The notes beneath the pieces are model-generated. The model worked only from the letters and a program-made list of their open reading frames with translations, was not told the DNA's origin and ran no database searches. The position numbers were made by a program, and so were the translations under genes. Source: the human T2T-CHM13v2.0 reference genome, Homo sapiens. From it: 64,000 nucleotides of DNA. Shown piece after piece: positions 60,111-64,000 of this stretch. The stretch's first letter is position 1, and the number at the start of each line of letters is the position of its first letter. The DNA lies in NCBI RefSeq assembly GCF_009914755.1, contig NC_060937.1. The stretch is one strand, 5' to 3'.

Positions 60111-62439
60111 AGAGTAGAGGGACAGAAGCCAGGTTGCTTTGAGTTGAAGAGCTAGCCCAAAATGAAATACAGACAGCAAGTACTTCGCTAAAGAAATTTG
60201 GCCAAGAAAGGGAAAGATAGAGTGGTTGCTGTAGGTGAATAAGGTTTAAATTTGGAGAGAGGGGTTACTTTTTAGAATGAAGAACCTATTTTTCAATTTT
60301 GATGGAAAAACGCAATATGGTGGGAGGGAAAGAAGGCAATATTGACAGCATAAACTCTCTGAGAGGGGTGCATTGAGATAGAAGGATTGGCCTTTAGTGG
60401 AAGAGCACTGAGAAAGGGTGAAGACAATTAAATTGGTGGCAGAATTCAGAAGAGATTTCATATGATGCCTTCTGTCTATGAAGTGGCAGGTAAGGTCATT
60501 TGCTGAGAATAAAAGAAATTGGGAGAGGGTATATACTATCTTTAGAAAAGTAAAGAATACTGAAAATAGCGATTGTAAAAGAATGGAGAAGAGAAAAAAC
60601 TAAAGAAACCTGAGAGGCTTGCCAGGCAATTTGGGGGAGCCAATTGAGGTTGCTGTCTTTGATAGTGTAATGTTTTCTTCAGCAGTTCGCAGTTCAGAGA
60701 AGATAGGCATTTGCTTTAAGACATTGACTTCTCTTACTTTAGTGAAAATAATCTTTTCACTGAGGACCAACCCCTTCCTACCCCTAATCTGGATTAGGTA
60801 CCTTTCTCTGTTCTCCCAGTACCTCAATTTTTCCCTGATTTATATTTACCTATCTATAGTGTTTATTTGTAGTGGATTTTTTATGGCTGTTCCACAATGC
60901 ATAGTATAATACATAGTATCCATATGTTAATTCTACTGAGTTCAAATATCAGTTCTCCCATTGATAAGCTGTTAGACAACAGGCAAATCATAATCTTCCT
61001 CTGACATTGTTTCTCATCTGTAGAATACTGTAGCACCTTTCTTGCTCAGTTTCCCTGAAAGTTCAAAATAATATATATGATATTTATTACAGCTGCTATA
61101 AGTCCTTAAAATGGAAGTTTTTACTTTTGTTATTACATATAATATGTATTCAGAATTTTGCTTATTCCCACCTTTAGTTTGGATCATTTCTTTCAATTTA
61201 GACTTTTCTCTTTCACAAGCATGAACTGGGACTTCTGGTTCAAAAAGTCATCTTTAGGTAGCTGGGATGCAGTTCCAGTAAAAAGCCCAAAATTACTATT
61301 ACTCTGTTTATCTTCCTACTGTATGTTGATGCCCATTATGTGCGAAGCACAAATTAAATATTTTATACATGCTTTTATCCCATTTGCATGCACATATAAC
61401 ATTTTTACAACTTTTTCATATGGCTTAATATGAAATATTTAAAAATTCACTTTATTTGGGTTGTTAGAATATCAGTCTTTAATTTGTCCTTATGGGAATG
61501 AAGATAAAAATCTTTAAGTAGAAATTATTATAAATGTTTATCCTACTTAACAGCTACACTTTTGAATACAATTCATCAATCATAGCTGGAGAAAGCAATT
61601 GTGCAGTTGTCTACAATTAACAGGACAAAAACAGTTGATAAATGTGCATCTGAATTAAAGTACTCCCTGGGACCGGCTGAAATTATACACTGGATCATTT
61701 AAAGGAATCTAACAAAGGATCTTTATAATTAAAACAAAGCAAGGTTAATGGGATGTAAAATTGCCTGTAATATCTTGGCAATAATGATTGGAATTTGAAT
61801 TATTAAAATATGCATTGAAGAATAAGGCAAATAGGAAGTACTTATTTAAAATACAGAATTTGAGTGATCTTTTTAAATAAATTAATCATTTGCCTGAAAT
61901 AAACCTTTGTCACTCTTTTAAAAGAATATAGAATTTAATTTTTGAATATTCATCAGAAAAGAACAGATAATATTTATGTTTAGCACTGAATTTAAGCTAG
62001 AGCTCTCAAGATTCTGATTTTTTGTTTTGTCCTTTAGAATAGGGGAAAATATACACCATGCATTTCTTAGGTTTTTAAGAGGAGAAGCATATTGCATCCA
62101 AGTATAATTTTTTAGTGATTGTATGGCACCAATTTGAATGTATTCTTTAATTTAACAAATGCTAGTTAATATTTTAACCAACAAGCATTGGTTTGCTTGA
62201 GTTTATTTCTCTTATGTCTTTGATTTGGCAAAAACTGTATTTAAAAATAAAACAAACCAAAAAAAACTTCCAAATCTGTAAAATAAGAAACTATTTCCTA
62301 AAGTAGATATTCTGGTTTAATTTGGAGCCAATAATCTCTGGAAGCTACTGGAAAACAGAAGTTTCTTTTCCATGTGTTTTCTTATAAAATCTGACCTATG
62401 CCAGGTTTTCTTTAACATTCTTTTTTAATTATTATTATT

Positions 62440-64000
62440 TTCTAATATTATACTTTAAGTTCTAGATACATGGGCAGAACATGCAGGTTTGTTACATAGG
62501 TATACACGTGTCATGGTGGTTTACTGCACCCATCTACCCGTCATCCACATTAGGTATTTCTCCTAATGCTATCCCTCCCCTAGTCCTCCACCCCCCAACA
62601 GGCCCCAGTGTGTGATGTTCCCCTCCCTGAGTCCATGTGTTCTCATTGTCACCTCCCACTTATGAGTGAGAACATGCAGTGTTTGGTTTTCTGTTCCTGT
62701 GTTAGTTTGCTGAGAATGATGGTTCCCAGCTTCATCCATGTCCCTGCAAAGGACATGAACTCATCTTTACTTTATGGCTGCATAGTATTCCATGGTGTAT
62801 ATATGCCACATTTTCTTTATACAGTCTATCATTGATGGGCATTTAGGTTAGTTCCAAGTCTTTGCTATTGTCAACAGTGCTGCAGTAAACATATGTGTGC
62901 ATGTGTGTTTATAGTAGAATGATTTATAATCCTTTGGGTATATACCCAGTAATGGGATTGCTGGGTCAAATGGTATTTCTGGTTCTAGATCCTAGAGGAA
63001 TTGCCACACTGTCTTCCACAGTGGTCAAACTAATTTACACTCCCACCAACAGTGTAACAGCGTTCCTATTTCTCCATATCCTCTCCAGGATCTGTTGTTT
63101 CCTGACTTTTAAATGATTGCCATTCTAAATGGTGTGAGATGGTATCTCATTGTGATTTTGATTTGCATTTCTCTAATGACGAGGGATGATGAGTTTTTTT
63201 TCATATACTTGTTGACCACATAAATGACATCCTTTGAGAAGTATCTGTTCATATCCTTCGCCCTCTTTTTGATGGGTTTTTTTGTTTTATTTCTTGTAAA
63301 TTTGTTTAAGTTCCTTGTAGATTCTGGATATTAGCTCTTTGTCAGATGGATAGATTGCAAAAATTTTCTCCCATGCTGTAGGTTGCCTGTTCCCTGTGAT
63401 GATAGTTTCTTTTGCTGTGCAGAAGCTCATTAGTTTCCTTAGATCCCATTTGTCAATTTTGGCTTTTGTTGCCATTGCTTTTGGTGTTTTAGTCGTGAAG
63501 TCTTTGCCCATGCCTATGTCCTGAAAGGCATTGCCTAGGTTTTCTTCTAGGGTTTTTATGGTTTTACGTTTAAGTCTTTAATCCATCTTGAGTTAATTTT
63601 TGTATAAGGTGTAAGGAAGGGGTCCAGTTATAGTTTTCTGCCTCTGGCTAGCCAGTTTTCCCAGCACCATTTATTAAATGGGGAATCCTTTCCCCATTGC
63701 TTGATTTTTGACAGGTTTGTCAAAGATCAGATAGTTGTAGATGTGTGGCATTATTTCTGAGGCCTCTGTTCTATTCCGTTGGTCCATATATCTGTTTTGG
63801 TACCAGTACCATGCTGTTTTGGTTACTGTAGCCTTGTAGTATAGTTTGAAGTCAGGTAGCATGATGCCTCCAGCATTGTTCTTTTTGCTTAGGATTGTCT
63901 TGGCTATACGGGCTCTTTTTTGGTTCCATATTAAATTGAAAGTAGTTTTTTCTAATTATGTGAAGAAAGTTAATGGTAGCTTGATGGGGATAGCACTGAA
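62440..64000 (-). mobile_element. L1PA7-like 3' portion, running off the window
   Basis: ttatactttaagttct 3' terminus; minus-strand ORF2 peptides [23 protein letters not shown] and [19 protein letters not shown]. Confidence 0.93.

Overview
Primate, very likely human, genomic DNA that is almost entirely intronic. Two short + strand coding exons (36731-36792 and 55852-55916) splice in frame to [42 protein letters not shown](R). I recognise this peptide as neurobeachin (NBEA), in the region upstream of the PH-BEACH-WD40 module. Neither exon appears in the ORF track, whose ORFs are nearly all repeat-derived or spurious. The rest is retroelement and DNA-transposon debris: a MER52 solo LTR, a five-level nested L1/Tigger stack, a near full-length L1PA, truncated L1PAs, 11 Alus, MER47/58/30, MIR, L2 and MLT1. 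I found no convincing new biological system. The leads most worth checking are a TSD-flanked retrocopy of an mRNA 3' end next to the second exon, a candidate in-frame alternative terminal exon, a candidate 75-nt poison exon, a 47-nt orphan internal L1 fragment, a locally templated ~140-bp duplication, a palindromic element with a duplicated arm, and repeat-poor motif-dense blocks that may be enhancers. Repeat subfamily names come from remembered consensus sequences and need RepeatMasker/Dfam confirmation.
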